Below, piece by piece: positions 7,657 to 16,974 of a DNA stretch of 64,000 nucleotides. The stretch is from Armatimonadota bacterium (GTDB lineage: Bacteria > Armatimonadota > SYMT01): positions 275,261 through 339,260 of the forward strand of contig JAWLHY010000005.1 in assembly GCA_041690135.1 (NCBI GenBank), in the 5' to 3' direction. The translations under genes were made by a program, and so were the position numbers. The notes under the pieces were generated by a model. That model saw only the letters and a program-made list of their open reading frames with translations, had not been told where the DNA came from and did no database searches. Position 1 is the first letter of the stretch; each line of letters begins with the position of its first letter.

Positions 7657-8951
7657 TGCACCTCCCGCAAGGTCCGCTGGAGATCCCGCTCGATGCTCGC
7701 GTCGATCGCATCCAGCAGCGCCTGCGGGTCCCGGCGCCCGAAGATGGCATGCTCCTCCGCGCGGCGGATCTCCTGAACGTAGCGCGGCCAGATCGGCATC
7801 TGGGGCGGCCCGAACACGTTCTCTCCAGCCGCAAGATCGAGAGCGAAGCGGAAGAGCGGCTCCTTCCGGAACTCCGACTGTTTCCCTACGGCCTCCAGCG
7901 GGGGCAGGTTGGTGATCGCGCGGCAGAACTGGGACACCGCGCGCGGGCGGGTGAGCCAGTCGAGGAAGGTCCAGGCCTCTTCCGGGTGGCGGGTCGCGGC
8001 GGGAATCACGAACACGCTGCCGCCCGCGCCGGTCGTGTGCGGACGCCCACCCGGCGGGACCGGGTAGGGAAACCAGCCCCACTCCAGGTCGGGCGCGTAC
8101 CGGCGGATGTGCTCCAGGGCGAACTCCCCCGTCTGCCACATCGCCACCTTGCCGACGAAGAACGGTCCGTTGGGTGTGGAAGTGCCGCCGAACGAAGCTT
8201 CGAAGCTCTCCATCCGGCTAACGTCGTACCTGTCGCCGTAAGAGGCCATCCACTTCAGGGCGGCGACGTTGCCTGGGTGGTTGGCCGTCACCTCGCCGGT
8301 TTTCGGGTTGTACCATTGGCCGCCGAAGACGTAGGACCAGTTCAGCAGGCCGGAGGGGCGCAGGCCGTAACGGAGAAACTGCCCACCCGCGCCGATGCGG
8401 GTGCATGCTTCCGCGGCGGCATCCAGCTCCGTGATGGTGCGGGGCGGCCGCTCCGGGTCGAGCCCGGCCTCCCGGAAGATCCGTTTGTTGTAAACGATGA
8501 AGGAGGTATTGGTGGTCACGGCCAGCGCATAGGTTTTGCCCTGGTACTGGACCATCCGCCGCACGCCGGGGACGAATTCCTCGGGGGAGCGCCCGGAGCG
8601 GGCCATCGTCTCGTCCAGCGGCCGGAGCACCCCCCGCATCGCATAGCCGGCGAGCTCATCCGCCCAAACAGCCGAGCTGACATCGGGCGTAGAGCCCCCG
8701 GCAAAGGCGATCCGCACCTTCTGGTAAGAGCCGGCCACGCTGAGGAGGCGGACCCGGATATTGGGATGGGTGCGATTGAACTCCTCGACGAGCTCCTTCT
8801 GCGCGTCGAGCTCGTGTCCGGTCCACCCGGTCCAGTACCGGATCTCCACCGGCCCGCCCGCTGCCGCCTTGCCGCCGCACCCGGAGGCAAGCAACCCTAC
8901 GAGGGTGGAGATAGCGAACAGCAATAGGGAGATGCGACGGGATCGCATCAT
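7653..8951 (-). CDS. ABC transporter sugar-binding lipoprotein
   Basis: Lipobox LASGC; SBP family 1 pattern (YWTGWTG, EEFNRTHPNI, YNKRIF). Confidence 0.9.
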   Translation of the reverse strand: MMRSRRISLLLFAISTLVGLLASGCGGKAAAGGPVEIRYWTGWTGHELDAQKELVEEFNRTHPNIRVRLLSVAGSYQKVRIAFAGGSTPDVSSAVWADELAGYAMRGVLRPLDETMARSGRSPEEFVPGVRRMVQYQGKTYALAVTTNTSFIVYNKRIFREAGLDPERPPRTITELDAAAEACTRIGAGGQFLRYGLRPSGLLNWSYVFGGQWYNPKTGEVTANHPGNVAALKWMASYGDRYDVSRMESFEASFGGTSTPNGPFFVGKVAMWQTGEFALEHIRRYAPDLEWGWFPYPVPPGGRPHTTGAGGSVFVIPAATRHPEEAWTFLDWLTRPRAVSQFCRAITNLPPLEAVGKQSEFRKEPLFRFALDLAAGENVFGPPQMPIWPRYVQEIRRAEEHAIFGRRDPQALLDAIDASIERDLQRTLREVQ

Positions 8952-9046
8952 GGGTCTGCTGCTCTTTCGATATCGCGAGAGATGGTCGTGCGGCTCATTC
9001 GCTGCCGTATCATTGAATGCAGGTGCCTCTGGCCGTCAACTTTGGC

Positions 9047-9910
9047 CTACCCCTTGATGCCCGACGTGGTCATGCCCTGGATGAAGGTGCGCTGGGTGAG
9101 GAAGAAGAGCACCAGGATGGGGACCGTCATGATCGTGGTGACGGCCATGAGCTGGCCAGGGAAGGAGCCGTACTGGCTGTTGAACATGGCGAGGCCGAGC
9201 GACAGGGTGAAGTTCTCCGGGTTGGCCAGGTAGATCAGCGGGCCCAGGTAGTCGTTCCACGCGCCCAGGAAGCTGAACAGGGCGACCGTGGCGACCACGG
9301 GCCGGGAGAGCGGCATCACGATACGGTAGTAGATCCCCCAGGGGCCGCAGCCGTCGATGCGGGCGGCCTCGGCGAGATCTCGGGGGATGCCCAGGAAGAA
9401 CTGGCGCATCAGGAAGATCGCGAAGGCGCCCCCGAAGAAGTGCGGCACGATCAGCGGGGCGAAGGTATCGACCCAGCCCATCTTCGCGAAGAGGACGAAC
9501 AGCGGGACCATCGTGACCTGCCCCGGCAGCATCATCGTGGCCAGCAGGATGAAGAAGAGCGCATTGCGGCCCTTCCAGGAGAGCATGGCCAGGCTGTAGG
9601 CGACCAGGGAGCATGAGATCACTGTGCCGACCACCGAGAGGACGGCGATGGTCAGCGTGTTCGCCAGCATGCGCGGGAAGGGGATGAACTGGAGTCCCTT
9701 CTCATAGTGCTCGAAAGTGATCGGGTTGGGGATCCAGACGGGAGGCCACGCGTGGAGCTGGGCATCGGTCTTGAGCGAGGACGTGATGAGCCAGTACAGG
9801 GGGATCAGGAACACGACGCTCAAAAAGATCAGCGCGCCGTGGGTCATCGCCGTCCGGACCTTCTTTCCGGCGTGCACGGGACGGGACTTAGGTGTGATCG
9901 CCTGGCTCAA
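9047..9910 (-). CDS. Carbohydrate ABC transporter permease (MalG-like)
   Basis: DLAEAARIDG loop; close paralog of 5897-6745; TTG start overlaps the upstream stop. Confidence 0.9.
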   Translation of the reverse strand: MSQAITPKSRPVHAGKKVRTAMTHGALIFLSVVFLIPLYWLITSSLKTDAQLHAWPPVWIPNPITFEHYEKGLQFIPFPRMLANTLTIAVLSVVGTVISCSLVAYSLAMLSWKGRNALFFILLATMMLPGQVTMVPLFVLFAKMGWVDTFAPLIVPHFFGGAFAIFLMRQFFLGIPRDLAEAARIDGCGPWGIYYRIVMPLSRPVVATVALFSFLGAWNDYLGPLIYLANPENFTLSLGLAMFNSQYGSFPGQLMAVTTIMTVPILVLFFLTQRTFIQGMTTSGIKG

Positions 9911-10845
9911 CCCTGTTCGCCTCCCGCGTAATAGACGTGCCGAGCGCTGGATTTCAATACGACCAGCGTGGCCGCCAGCACCATCAGCAGCAGCACCCAC
10001 GCCATGGCGCAGGCATAGCCCATCTTGAAGTCGCTAAAGGCGACGTTGAAGAGGTAGAGACTGTAGAACGTGGTGGAGTCGACCGGGCCGCCGGTGCCGT
10101 TGGTCATCACGTAAGCGGGCGTGAAGAACTGGAACGCGCCGATGAGACCCATGATCAGGACGAAGAGGATCTGCGGGCTGATGAACGGCAGGGTCACGTG
10201 GCGGAAGCTGTCCCAGCGCTTTGCCCCGTCCAGCCCGGCGGCCTCGTGGAGCTCCTTGGGGACGTCCTGGAGCCCGGCCAGGAAGACAAGCATGCTGCCG
10301 CCCACGTTCCACAGACTCCACATGATGATGGCGGGCTTGCTCCACTCGGGGCTCTGCAGCCAGCCCGGCCCCTCCCGGACGCCGAAGAGGCGGAGCATGT
10401 CGTTGATGGCGCCCTCTTGCGGGCGGAACAGCCAGATCCACAGCACGGCCCCGGCCACGATCGGCACGACCGACGGGACATAGAAGCAGGTGCGGTAGAC
10501 CGCCAGCCCCTTGACGCCGGTGTTGAGCAGGAGCGCCAGTCCAAGGGCGAGCACGATGCCGAGCGGAACCGCGAACGCGGCGTAGTAGACGGTATTCCAC
10601 AGGGACGTGTAGAACAGGGGGTCTTCGAACAGGTGCCGGTAATTCGCCATGCCCACCCAGCGGGGCGGGGTGAGGACCCGATAATTGCAGAAGCTGTAGT
10701 ACAGCGACGCCAGCACGGGGTACGCGGTGAACCAGAGGAGGCCCACGATCGCCGGAAGCGCAAACGCTACTCCCGTCCAGAGCCTCTCTCGCTGTCGGCG
10801 ACGTTGTCCCTTAGTCGGTACCAATCTGACAACTCCTGAAATCAA
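9907..10845 (-). CDS. Carbohydrate ABC transporter permease (MalF-like)
   Basis: LHEAAGLDGA loop; paralog of 6742-7656. Confidence 0.9.
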   Translation of the reverse strand: MISGVVRLVPTKGQRRRQRERLWTGVAFALPAIVGLLWFTAYPVLASLYYSFCNYRVLTPPRWVGMANYRHLFEDPLFYTSLWNTVYYAAFAVPLGIVLALGLALLLNTGVKGLAVYRTCFYVPSVVPIVAGAVLWIWLFRPQEGAINDMLRLFGVREGPGWLQSPEWSKPAIIMWSLWNVGGSMLVFLAGLQDVPKELHEAAGLDGAKRWDSFRHVTLPFISPQILFVLIMGLIGAFQFFTPAYVMTNGTGGPVDSTTFYSLYLFNVAFSDFKMGYACAMAWVLLLMVLAATLVVLKSSARHVYYAGGEQG

Positions 10846-12185
10846 GCGCCGGCAAGCGCTAAGTCCAGCTCAGCCTGCGTATTCTTCCGAGCACGTTCCA
10901 GGGCTTCCGCCGGCGTCATCCGGCCGTAGACGGCCGCTTCCACGGCCCGCTGGAGCTCGCGCATGTAGAACGCCTGCACCGGCATCACGGGGCGTTGGTG
11001 GCGGCTATCCTCCAGGATGCGGACGTAATCGCCGTAGTAGCGCCGGCTGCGACTCTCCGCAAAGTAGGGCGAGTGCCGCATGCCGGGATAGACGCTCATG
11101 GTGCGTCCGAAAAGGGCCGTGCCCTCTTCGGAGTGGCAGAGCCAGCGGATGAACTCCCAGGCTTCATCGGGCTTTGCGGCTCCCCTGGGGATGCTCATGC
11201 ACCAGCCTCCCACCCAGGAGCTCCGGGCTTCTCCATCCGGCGGCGCGGGGATATAGCCGAGCCCGTAATCCAGGTCCGGCGCGTACCGCTCGATGTCGCC
11301 GATGCCGCCGATGTGGAGACACTGCATGCAAAGTTTGCCGGAATAGAAGGGGTTCTGTTCCGCCGTTCCGAAACCCTGGCGCATGCTTTCCACGCGCGCC
11401 GGATCGTGCTTTTTGGCGAACTGGATCATCCACTCCAGGGCCTTCACCACGCGGGGGTGGTCCGCCGTGATGCGACGGGTCTCCGGGTCGTAGAACTCGC
11501 CTCCGAAGGCCCAGCCCCAGGTGAAGATGCTGTTGGCGGGGCCATATTGCGCCCAGGGGATGATGCCGATCTGCCGCAGGACCCCCTGCTCCACGCGCGT
11601 GAGCCGGTCCCCCACTTCGGTTAGCTCGTCGATGGTGGTGGGAGGACGGTCGGGATCGAGGCCGGAGCGACGGAACGCCTCCCGGTTCCAGGCGAACCCG
11701 AAGTTGGGGTCGGCGCTGCAGGTGAGCGCCCAGACCTGGTCGCGGTACTCGCACTGGCGCCAGGTCGGCGGGAAGTACTCTTCGGCCCGGATGCCGGCGG
11801 ACCGGATCCGCTCCGTGAGCGGTTCCAGCGATCCCCATTCGGCCCACGAGGCGACCTGGGGGCCGTCCACGAAGGTCACGTCCGGCGGGGTGCCGGCCGC
11901 CACGGACGTGAAGAACTTCTGATTGGTGGAGAGGTCGTTCTGCGTGAAGACGAGGCGGAGGCGCCGGCCCGGGTGCGCCTTCTCGTAAGCGGCCGCGACT
12001 TTCACGAAGCGTGGGCCCGTGACCCCACTCCAGTTGTGCCAGACGGTGATCTCACCCTCGCGGGTGCGTCCGGGAGATCGGCCGAGGGCAGTCGCGCAGC
12101 CGGAAAGCACGGCGGAACCGGCGGTCGCCGCGGCTCCGGCGACCAATTGTCGCCGGTTCAGAGTTTTGGTTTTCTCACTCGCCAT
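10842..12185 (-). CDS. ABC transporter sugar-binding lipoprotein, Tat-type signal
   Basis: NRRQLV twin-arginine motif, lipobox LSGC, SBP family 1 features. Confidence 0.9.
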   Translation of the reverse strand: MASEKTKTLNRRQLVAGAAATAGSAVLSGCATALGRSPGRTREGEITVWHNWSGVTGPRFVKVAAAYEKAHPGRRLRLVFTQNDLSTNQKFFTSVAAGTPPDVTFVDGPQVASWAEWGSLEPLTERIRSAGIRAEEYFPPTWRQCEYRDQVWALTCSADPNFGFAWNREAFRRSGLDPDRPPTTIDELTEVGDRLTRVEQGVLRQIGIIPWAQYGPANSIFTWGWAFGGEFYDPETRRITADHPRVVKALEWMIQFAKKHDPARVESMRQGFGTAEQNPFYSGKLCMQCLHIGGIGDIERYAPDLDYGLGYIPAPPDGEARSSWVGGWCMSIPRGAAKPDEAWEFIRWLCHSEEGTALFGRTMSVYPGMRHSPYFAESRSRRYYGDYVRILEDSRHQRPVMPVQAFYMRELQRAVEAAVYGRMTPAEALERARKNTQAELDLALAGA

Positions 12186-12305
12186 TGAGTTGAGAGCCTT
12201 TGCGCCCGGCAGAAAGCCGGCTTTTCAAGTCGCGAACTGGAGGAGCGCGATGCCGGCCGCTGCCGGCTCCGCGCGTGACGTCTTCAGCTCCGTACGCTCG
12301 CGGGG

Positions 12306-13022
12306 TCAGGAGGGGGTGCGTTCCAGCAACTTCTTTACGAAAGCCTGGTGCTCGGGGGAGGCCAGGCCCTCTTCCAGCGTCTTCCGGAGAGCTGTGCTGT
12401 CCAGGCGGCTCAGAGCGTGTAAATTCAACCAGAGGCCTGGAAAGACCTCTGAACGGATGACGCCATCATCACCCGCCGCTATCTCCTCGAACGTGCCGCT
12501 GCGATTGATGAACCACCGGGCCTCGTGTGTCCGCACCACGTATACCAGATACTCGCGCACGCCGGCCGCTTCGTAGTCGGCCAGCTTCTTGTGGAGATCG
12601 TAAGAGACGGTGCTCGATGCCACCTCGACCACGAGTTCCGGTGCTCCAGAAATGTATCCACCGTCGAGCTGAGTCTGGCCTCCATGCTGCGGAGCAATCA
12701 GCAGGCAGGCGTCCGGTTGGGGTTCCCCCCACTCCGACAGAAAAACAGTGGCTTCGCTGTGGGCTTCGGTTCCGGGAGTGGCGGCTTCGTAGGTGTCGAG
12801 CCAGGCGAGAACCTTGACATGCGGCCGGGAGTGGTTGGCTCGGACCGGAGACGGCATATACACCACACCTCCTATGAGTTCCGCCCGGGTGCCCGGCGGC
12901 ATGGCGCTGTAGAGCGCATGGAACGTCCGGCGGTCCATGTGGTCGCCGGGTTCCAACAGGGGCTCCTCCGGATCCGGATGGGGCGTATCGGGCCGCAGCA
13001 GAGGGTCGAGCACCGAGGACAT
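12306..13022 (-). CDS. Uma2 family (DUF820) PD-(D/E)XK endonuclease-like protein
   Basis: AELIGGVVYMPSP, EPQPD, APELVVEVASS, KLADYEAAGVREY. Confidence 0.92.
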   Translation of the reverse strand: MSSVLDPLLRPDTPHPDPEEPLLEPGDHMDRRTFHALYSAMPPGTRAELIGGVVYMPSPVRANHSRPHVKVLAWLDTYEAATPGTEAHSEATVFLSEWGEPQPDACLLIAPQHGGQTQLDGGYISGAPELVVEVASSTVSYDLHKKLADYEAAGVREYLVYVVRTHEARWFINRSGTFEEIAAGDDGVIRSEVFPGLWLNLHALSRLDSTALRKTLEEGLASPEHQAFVKKLLERTPS

Positions 13023-13115
13023 CTGTGAACTCCTGGGATGTGGGCGCTGGTCTCTCTCTTTTCTACCGGAAATCCGTAACTAAACGTGCCGGCTTTCTGC
13101 TTTTCCGTTCCGAGG

Positions 13116-14201
13116 CTATGTATCGGCCAGGCGAACCCACGTGAGCTTTTCGTTGGCTTCGAGCACCGCCGCAAGACCTTGCTGGGCGGCGAGGCCGTCC
13201 ACGAAAGTGGCGTCGATATCCCCGTCGGTGGTCCCCCGCAGGCAGGCATCCACGTAGCTGCGCATCATGAGCCCAAGGGCATGGGGCTGCCCGCTGTGGG
13301 CTTCCGGCGGCAGGGGCAGCTCTTCCCAATCGGGGGCCGTGGGGCGGGAGAGGCGCAGCCGTTCCACGTTGCCGCGGCTCAGGCTGGCCTGGAGCGCTCC
13401 CTCCGGTCCCACCACCTCCACGTAGCCGTTCTCCGCGTGCGGCGGGGTAGCCCGGCTCATGAACCACTGCCCGCGGATCCCGCTTTCCGTGCGAAACCAG
13501 GCCGCCGCCAGGTCATCGGTCTCCACCGGCGCGGTCTCGCCGGAATAGACGTCGGTCCCGCTCCGGTTCAGGTAATGGACGAATCCGGTGGTGACCTCTA
13601 TCGGCCCGAGAAGGAACCGCGCCACGTCGTAGAGGTGGGAGCCCATGTCGAAGAGGATGCCCCCGCCGGCCAGGTCCTTCTTTTCTCGCCAGGCGACGCG
13701 GCCACCGGGGCGGAGACCAGTCCAGCCGTCGTATTGAAGCCGGATGTAGTAGGGCTCACCGATGTCCCCGGCGCGGAGGCGACGACGAAGTTCCTGCGTC
13801 CCGTACTGGTAACGGAAGGTGAAGGCGACCTGATGGATCCTGCCGCTTGCTTCGGCGGCCCGGAGCATCCGCTTTACCTCGGGAACATCGATCCCAAGCG
13901 GCTTCTCGCAGAAGACATGCTTGCCGTGCTCGAAAGCGGCGAGCGCCTGCTCCGCGTGGACCGCATTGGGCGTGGTGATGGTTACGCCGTCCAGGTCGTC
14001 CCGTGCGCAGAGCTCCCGGTAGTCGGTATGGACGTCGGGGATGCCGTGCCGGTCGGCCATCTCACGCGCGTGCTCGCGGCGCCGGCCGCAGAGCGCGACG
14101 ATTTCCGCCTGGGGATGGGTTTGCAGTCCGGGGATATGGCAGATTTCGGCAAAGCCGCCGGCGCCGATGACGCCGAAGCGGAGCTTGCGAGCAGGACTCA
14201 T
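13116..14201 (-). CDS. Gfo/Idh/MocA family oxidoreductase
   Basis: GVIGAG, HVFCEKP, GGGILFDMGSH. Confidence 0.92.
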   Translation of the reverse strand: MSPARKLRFGVIGAGGFAEICHIPGLQTHPQAEIVALCGRRREHAREMADRHGIPDVHTDYRELCARDDLDGVTITTPNAVHAEQALAAFEHGKHVFCEKPLGIDVPEVKRMLRAAEASGRIHQVAFTFRYQYGTQELRRRLRAGDIGEPYYIRLQYDGWTGLRPGGRVAWREKKDLAGGGILFDMGSHLYDVARFLLGPIEVTTGFVHYLNRSGTDVYSGETAPVETDDLAAAWFRTESGIRGQWFMSRATPPHAENGYVEVVGPEGALQASLSRGNVERLRLSRPTAPDWEELPLPPEAHSGQPHALGLMMRSYVDACLRGTTDGDIDATFVDGLAAQQGLAAVLEANEKLTWVRLADT

Positions 14202-14260
14202 CCTATTCCTCTAACTTTGGACGGTGCGATTGCTGGGGGGTGGCGCTGGTGCGTAGCGGG

Positions 14261-14369
14261 CGTGAGGAGTGATGCGTAATGCGTAGTGCGTGTGCCGACG
14301 TTTGAGGATGCTGCGAGGGCCGAGGAGTGGCCTCGGACCGAAAAGTGATGCGTGATGCGTGATGCGTGA
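14261..14369. repeat. Heptamer microsatellite-like repeats (GTGATGC)
   Basis: GTGATGC x3 at 14345-14365, degenerate copies at 14261-14291; reverse-complement relatives at 23591-23616. Confidence 0.75.
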
Positions 14370-14451
14370 GGTCTGGGGCAGCATGCGGGCCGTTCTGGCG
14401 GTGGTGAGCGATGCGTGAAGGATGGGGGCGACTGATTCGCCAGGCTTGTTG

Positions 14452-15234
14452 TTACAGGACCGGTAGTTGCGGGATGGGGAGGATAACGAAGTCGCGCCAG
14501 CCGGTGGGGAGACCTTCCTCCTCGTAGTCCCCTTCCTGGAACGCCTCGATGTCCGAGAAGGGGTCCCAGGAGGCGTCCGGAATGCCCAGGTAGCCCGCGA
14601 ACGCCTCCATGTACTCCTCCGCGGTGGAGCCACTTTCCTCCGCATCTTCTTCCCGGTGCTCGATGGCGGTGAGGAGCTCCCAGGCGGTTTCCCGGCTGGC
14701 GTGCGGCGGTAGGAAAGCGTCCACTGCGTCCGGATGCGGAATCTCCCGGCGGTACTCCTCCACCTCTTCGAGGTAGGCGGGGGATTCGGACAATTCTTCC
14801 ATTCGCGCCAGCAAAGCGCTGTCATCCGGATCCTCCTGCCCCTCCGCCTCCAGAGACGCTTCCGCTTGCGTCTGGAGAATTCCCATTTCCACCACCTCGG
14901 AGGGCAGCGCATAACGACCCCGCGAGTGACCGTCCTGGAAGAACTCCACCGACCAGATCTCGCTCTCCACCACCTCCAGCAGCAATCCAGGGCATTCGAG
15001 GGTGGCGGTCAACTGCGGGAGCCACTCGTGCAGGTTGGAGAGGGGCGTCCACAGGCTGATCCATCCGTTGCGGACCGGGGACACGAAGATCCCGTGGGGC
15101 AGGCGGCGGGGCGGCCACGTCGGCACCGCTGCCCCACGCGCGAGCCCCATCCGGAAGAGGGCATCCACCAGGGTTTCGCGCGAGTCGAAGCGGACATGCG
15201 CGCTGGCTATCGTCACGTAATCGGCAAAGCTCAT
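14452..15234 (-). CDS. Acidic hypothetical protein
   Basis: Glu/Asp-rich ORF co-directional with the upstream operon; no family recognised. Confidence 0.7.
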   Translation of the reverse strand: MSFADYVTIASAHVRFDSRETLVDALFRMGLARGAAVPTWPPRRLPHGIFVSPVRNGWISLWTPLSNLHEWLPQLTATLECPGLLLEVVESEIWSVEFFQDGHSRGRYALPSEVVEMGILQTQAEASLEAEGQEDPDDSALLARMEELSESPAYLEEVEEYRREIPHPDAVDAFLPPHASRETAWELLTAIEHREEDAEESGSTAEEYMEAFAGYLGIPDASWDPFSDIEAFQEGDYEEEGLPTGWRDFVILPIPQLPVL

Positions 15235-15313
15235 TCGGAGGTGTGGGTCCAATCTGGGTCAACCGCAGGTTCGGTTGGGGTGTTGCCTGTGATCTTCACC
15301 CGGAAACGGGCTG

Positions 15314-16171
15314 CTAAACCAATCCCGTCAGGAGCGGGCGCAGATAGGCGTCACTGCTTTCGAGGCGTTCCCAAATGTCGGGACCCCCGGGGATCTCGTA
15401 GAGGGCAGGTCCGTGGAAGTCGCTGTTACGGACGGCCTCCAGGATGGCAGCCCAATCCAGGTCGCCCTCGCGGACGTCGCCGAGCACCAGATTACCCGCC
15501 GATTGCTTGAAATGGAACTCGAACAACTCACTTGGCCGCATCTCGGCAACCGTGGCGGCGGGGTCTTCGCGCTCGAACTGCTGGGTGATCTGGTTCGCCG
15601 GGTCCCAGCAGATCTGCGGGGGCGGGCAGCACTCCCCCGTGCGGGCGGCGATAGCGCGGACTAACTCGCGCAACACGCCTACGGGCTGCTTCGAATTTTC
15701 CAGGGCGAGGCGGATGCCCCGCTCGGCGAGGAAGTAGGCGAAGTTGGCGATGCCCGGGGCGAGCCGCTCGATCGTCGCAGGCGAGGTCAGTTCCGCGGCG
15801 GGGCTCAGGTCTACCAGCCGCAGCACCGGCAGAACGCCTTCCGCGGGACCGCCCAGGGCCAGGGCCGCATCGGTGCAGCGCGCGAGGTAGGCGTCGCACG
15901 GCTCCAGTTCAGTGGTCATGAACGGCGCTTCGACGGCGAGGTTGAATCCCAGGCCGGGAACACTTTCCCGCAGGGCGCTCAGCCGGTCCGGGAGGGGCCA
16001 GGGGCGGTCGTCCCCCTCCACCCACTCCTCCGCACCTCCCAGGGCACGCTGGCGCAGCTCCACGTAACCATAGCCGTGCTCCACCGCTCGCCGGCACTGC
16101 TCTTCCAGCGAAGAGGCGGGCAGGAGCGCGCTCCAGCAGTTACTCACCACGCCCAGGGTCAATTTCGCCAT
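15314..16171 (-). CDS. Sugar phosphate isomerase/epimerase (xylose-isomerase-like TIM barrel)
   Basis: YVELR, LALEN, CWDPAN, FHFKQ, GDLDW, LYEI metal-ligand pattern; TAATG coupling. Confidence 0.8.
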   Translation of the reverse strand: MAKLTLGVVSNCWSALLPASSLEEQCRRAVEHGYGYVELRQRALGGAEEWVEGDDRPWPLPDRLSALRESVPGLGFNLAVEAPFMTTELEPCDAYLARCTDAALALGGPAEGVLPVLRLVDLSPAAELTSPATIERLAPGIANFAYFLAERGIRLALENSKQPVGVLRELVRAIAARTGECCPPPQICWDPANQITQQFEREDPAATVAEMRPSELFEFHFKQSAGNLVLGDVREGDLDWAAILEAVRNSDFHGPALYEIPGGPDIWERLESSDAYLRPLLTGLV

Positions 16172-16974
16172 TAGCTACTCCTCTCCCGTCCGGTCCCCAG
16201 TCCGGCGACAAACTCCTGAAGTACCGCGTTGAAGACCGCGGGCTGCTCCAGGAACGGCAGGTGTCCGGCGGCCGGCAGCACTTTCACTTCCGCGTGCGGG
16301 ATCCCCTGCTTCAAGGCCATCGCGGCGGGCAGGGGCGCCACCTGCTCCTCGGCGCCGAGGATGATCAATGTCGGGCAGCGGACCTGCGCCAACAGGGGTG
16401 TCACGTCCGCATCAACGATGGCCTGGCAGGCCGCCGCGTAGCCTTCCGGGTCATTCGCGAGGAGGGCCTGGCGGAACAGGCCGACGAGGGCCGGCTGGGT
16501 GCGGTGCGTGGTGGCGCCGAGTGCGGTGGTCGGCACCAGGTCCGCCAGGGGCGCCATGCCCTGCGTGCGGGCGAGCTCGACTCGCGCCTGCATCTTCTCA
16601 CGGCCGGCGGGAGCCAGGGTGGGAAAGCCGCCAACCAGCACCAGCGCGCTCACCAGCTCAGGATACGCGGCGGCCAGCTCGACGCAGACCATGCACGACA
16701 TGGAACTGCCGGCCACCACGGCCGGGCCGATGCCCAGGCCCCGGATCACGCCCGCGGCGTCGTCGGCCATCATTCGCATGCTGTACGGACCCGCCGGCCG
16801 ATCCGTGCGGCCGTGCCCGCGCGGGTCGAGGGCGGTCACCCGCAGCACCGGGGATAGATCGCGGAGTTGCGAGTACCAGACGTGAGTGCTGGCGCCCAGA
16901 CCGGGCAGGAGCAACAGGTCGGGACCGCTGCCCTGCTGTTCGTAGTGGATCGAAATACCGTTGGATTCAATCAT
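16171..16974 (-). CDS. Alpha/beta hydrolase (PcaD/enol-lactonase-like)
   Basis: DPRGHG, nucleophile elbow GSSMS, AGHLPFLEQP. Confidence 0.88.
   Translation of the reverse strand: MIESNGISIHYEQQGSGPDLLLLPGLGASTHVWYSQLRDLSPVLRVTALDPRGHGRTDRPAGPYSMRMMADDAAGVIRGLGIGPAVVAGSSMSCMVCVELAAAYPELVSALVLVGGFPTLAPAGREKMQARVELARTQGMAPLADLVPTTALGATTHRTQPALVGLFRQALLANDPEGYAAACQAIVDADVTPLLAQVRCPTLIILGAEEQVAPLPAAMALKQGIPHAEVKVLPAAGHLPFLEQPAVFNAVLQEFVAGLGTGRERSS

Noticed and set aside
12306-13022. Uma2 gene as a defence system
   Set aside because: Solo Uma2 genes are common multicopy genes in such genomes; no partner genes nearby.
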